Of a stretch of DNA of 36,416 nucleotides, positions 35,310-36,416 are shown in pieces. The position numbers were made by a program, and so were the translations under genes. The notes beneath the pieces were generated by a model. The model saw only the letters and a program-made list of their open reading frames with translations, was not told where the DNA came from and ran no database searches. Source of the DNA: a virus. How positions within the stretch are numbered: position 1 is the stretch's first letter; each line of letters starts with the position of its first letter. The stretch lies in the UHGV virus genome UHGV-1512937; one strand, 5' to 3'.

Positions 35310-35792
35310 GTTGGTTTGGGGGAAGGCTCTGCGCTGCCCGTTGGTGTGCCCGTTCCGTGGCCCTCAGCAACACCACCAGCAGGGTGGCTGAAATGTAACG
35401 GCGCAGCATTTTCTTCTGAAATGTACCCCAGGCTGGCAAAGGCTTATCCGACCAATAAATTACCGGATTTACGGGGCGAATTTATCCGTGGCTGGGATGA
35501 CGGGCGAGGGATTGATGCAGGACGTGCTTTATTGAGCTTTCAAACTGGGATGCTGGAAAAACACCGCCATATTGTTGTAGCTAACGATGGGTATGACACA
35601 AAGGATGAATGGGAGTTGGCCACAATTTTCAAAAAAACATATTCACAAGGCCGGGGACTTGATGCTGCAAATACAGGAGGGAGTTTGATTCCATCACCAA
35701 CGCTTCATTCACGAGGAAGTATTGGTAACACTGGTGGTAGTGAAACTCGCCCCCGCAATATTGCATTTAACTATATCGTGAGGGCGGCTTAA
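35310..35792 (+). other. promoterless alternative tail-fibre C-terminal cassette V3
   Basis: Same architecture as V2: conserved 5' module nearly identical to V1, distinct central region, conserved end (RPRNIAFNYIVRAA). Confidence 0.6.
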
Positions 35793-35798
35793 TTATAC

Positions 35799-36416
35799 TC
35801 AACTGGCTGCTGCCAGAGGCATTTCCGGCCAGTTGATATCCGGTGCAGTGCTGATGTCAGTCGCATTAAGCGCATCTATGAAATCAAGCACGGCGTTTAG
35901 TTTTTCCGTCTCCTGGGGCGTCAATCGGCGTCCGGCTCGTAGTTTGAGATTAATAAGCTCAACAGATGCCATTGCCTGTTCCTCAAGTTGCTGACGATGC
36001 GCTCCGGCAGCTTCCAGTTCTGCTGCGTGCTGTCGTCTCGTATCTGTCACCCAGGTCTCACCATCCCAGACATCATAGATGGTAGCTGGCTGTTTCACCG
36101 TCGTATCTGAAGGGTAATCTCCCGGCTGTGTGATTTGCACAGCGTTACCATTCTCTGTGCTGTAAACCGTTTCGCCTCTGTGGTCTGGAACATATTTCCA
36201 GATGTTCTGGTCGGTATCACGACAGACAGCGAAGCCGGGGCGTTTTTCTGGTGGCGCGTCAATGCATGAGTGAGCCGGAATTCCAACACCATAAGCGAGA
36301 TATTCAACAGTGGCAGAGAGATATTCACGGTTTTCAGCATCGTAGTTATAAACGGTAATATCGCCTGCAGTTATAGCGATACCATTCTGATCAAGTACTG
36401 CAGCAGCATTATTCAT
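35799..36416 (-). CDS. tail fibre assembly protein (lambda Tfa / Mu U family), convergent with the fibre cassettes
   Basis: 205 aa; DHRGETVYSTENG and TDISTAPDINWPEMP resemble lambda Tfa (DHRGKTVY ..., VDTSTAPDIEWPAVP). The ATG coincides with the last three bases of the window, so the start cannot be confirmed from upstream sequence. Confidence 0.8.
   Translation of the reverse strand: MNNAAAVLDQNGIAITAGDITVYNYDAENREYLSATVEYLAYGVGIPAHSCIDAPPEKRPGFAVCRDTDQNIWKYVPDHRGETVYSTENGNAVQITQPGDYPSDTTVKQPATIYDVWDGETWVTDTRRQHAAELEAAGAHRQQLEEQAMASVELINLKLRAGRRLTPQETEKLNAVLDFIDALNATDISTAPDINWPEMPLAAAS

Noticed and set aside
34399-35792. Regularly spaced repeats that might suggest a CRISPR array
   Set aside because: The repeats are ~200 bp, protein-coding and in frame with a tail fibre domain; spacing and length are wrong for CRISPR and there are no short direct repeats with unique spacers.
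33913-35792. Diversity-generating retroelement (template/variable repeat pair) targeting the tail fibre
   Set aside because: No reverse transcriptase gene in the window, and the differences between cassettes are concentrated in divergent central blocks rather than scattered adenine-specific substitutions in a conserved repeat.

Overview
The window is almost entirely one Mu-like transposable prophage in an enterobacterial-type genome (no integrase; transposition-based). An early operon runs on the minus strand from ~8298 down to 259: Ner-like regulator, DDE transposase (5054-6823), AAA+ transposition ATPase (3877-5043), Gam-like protein (3047-3577), several small accessory proteins, a GemA-like and a Mor/C-like activator. 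A divergent XRE-type repressor gene (8385-8810, +) is translationally coupled to a two-gene AT-rich cassette (8807-10425). From 11776 the plus strand carries a lysis cassette (holin-like, SLT transglycosylase, Rz with embedded Rz1), Mu-type head genes (terminase, portal, F, G, I, T) and a Mu/P2-type contractile tail (sheath, tube, frameshifted chaperone, tape measure, baseplate). The baseplate cluster is interrupted by an AT-rich gene with a PD-(D/E)xK-like motif (30951-31826). The tail fibre gene (33913-34866) contains a Hin/Gin-type crossover site and is followed by two promoterless alternative C-terminal cassettes and a convergent tail-fibre assembly gene, indicating a multi-cassette DNA-inversion locus whose recombinase lies outside the window. 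No rRNA, tRNA or CRISPR was recognised. All family assignments are from reading the translations against remembered family signatures; no search or computation was run.
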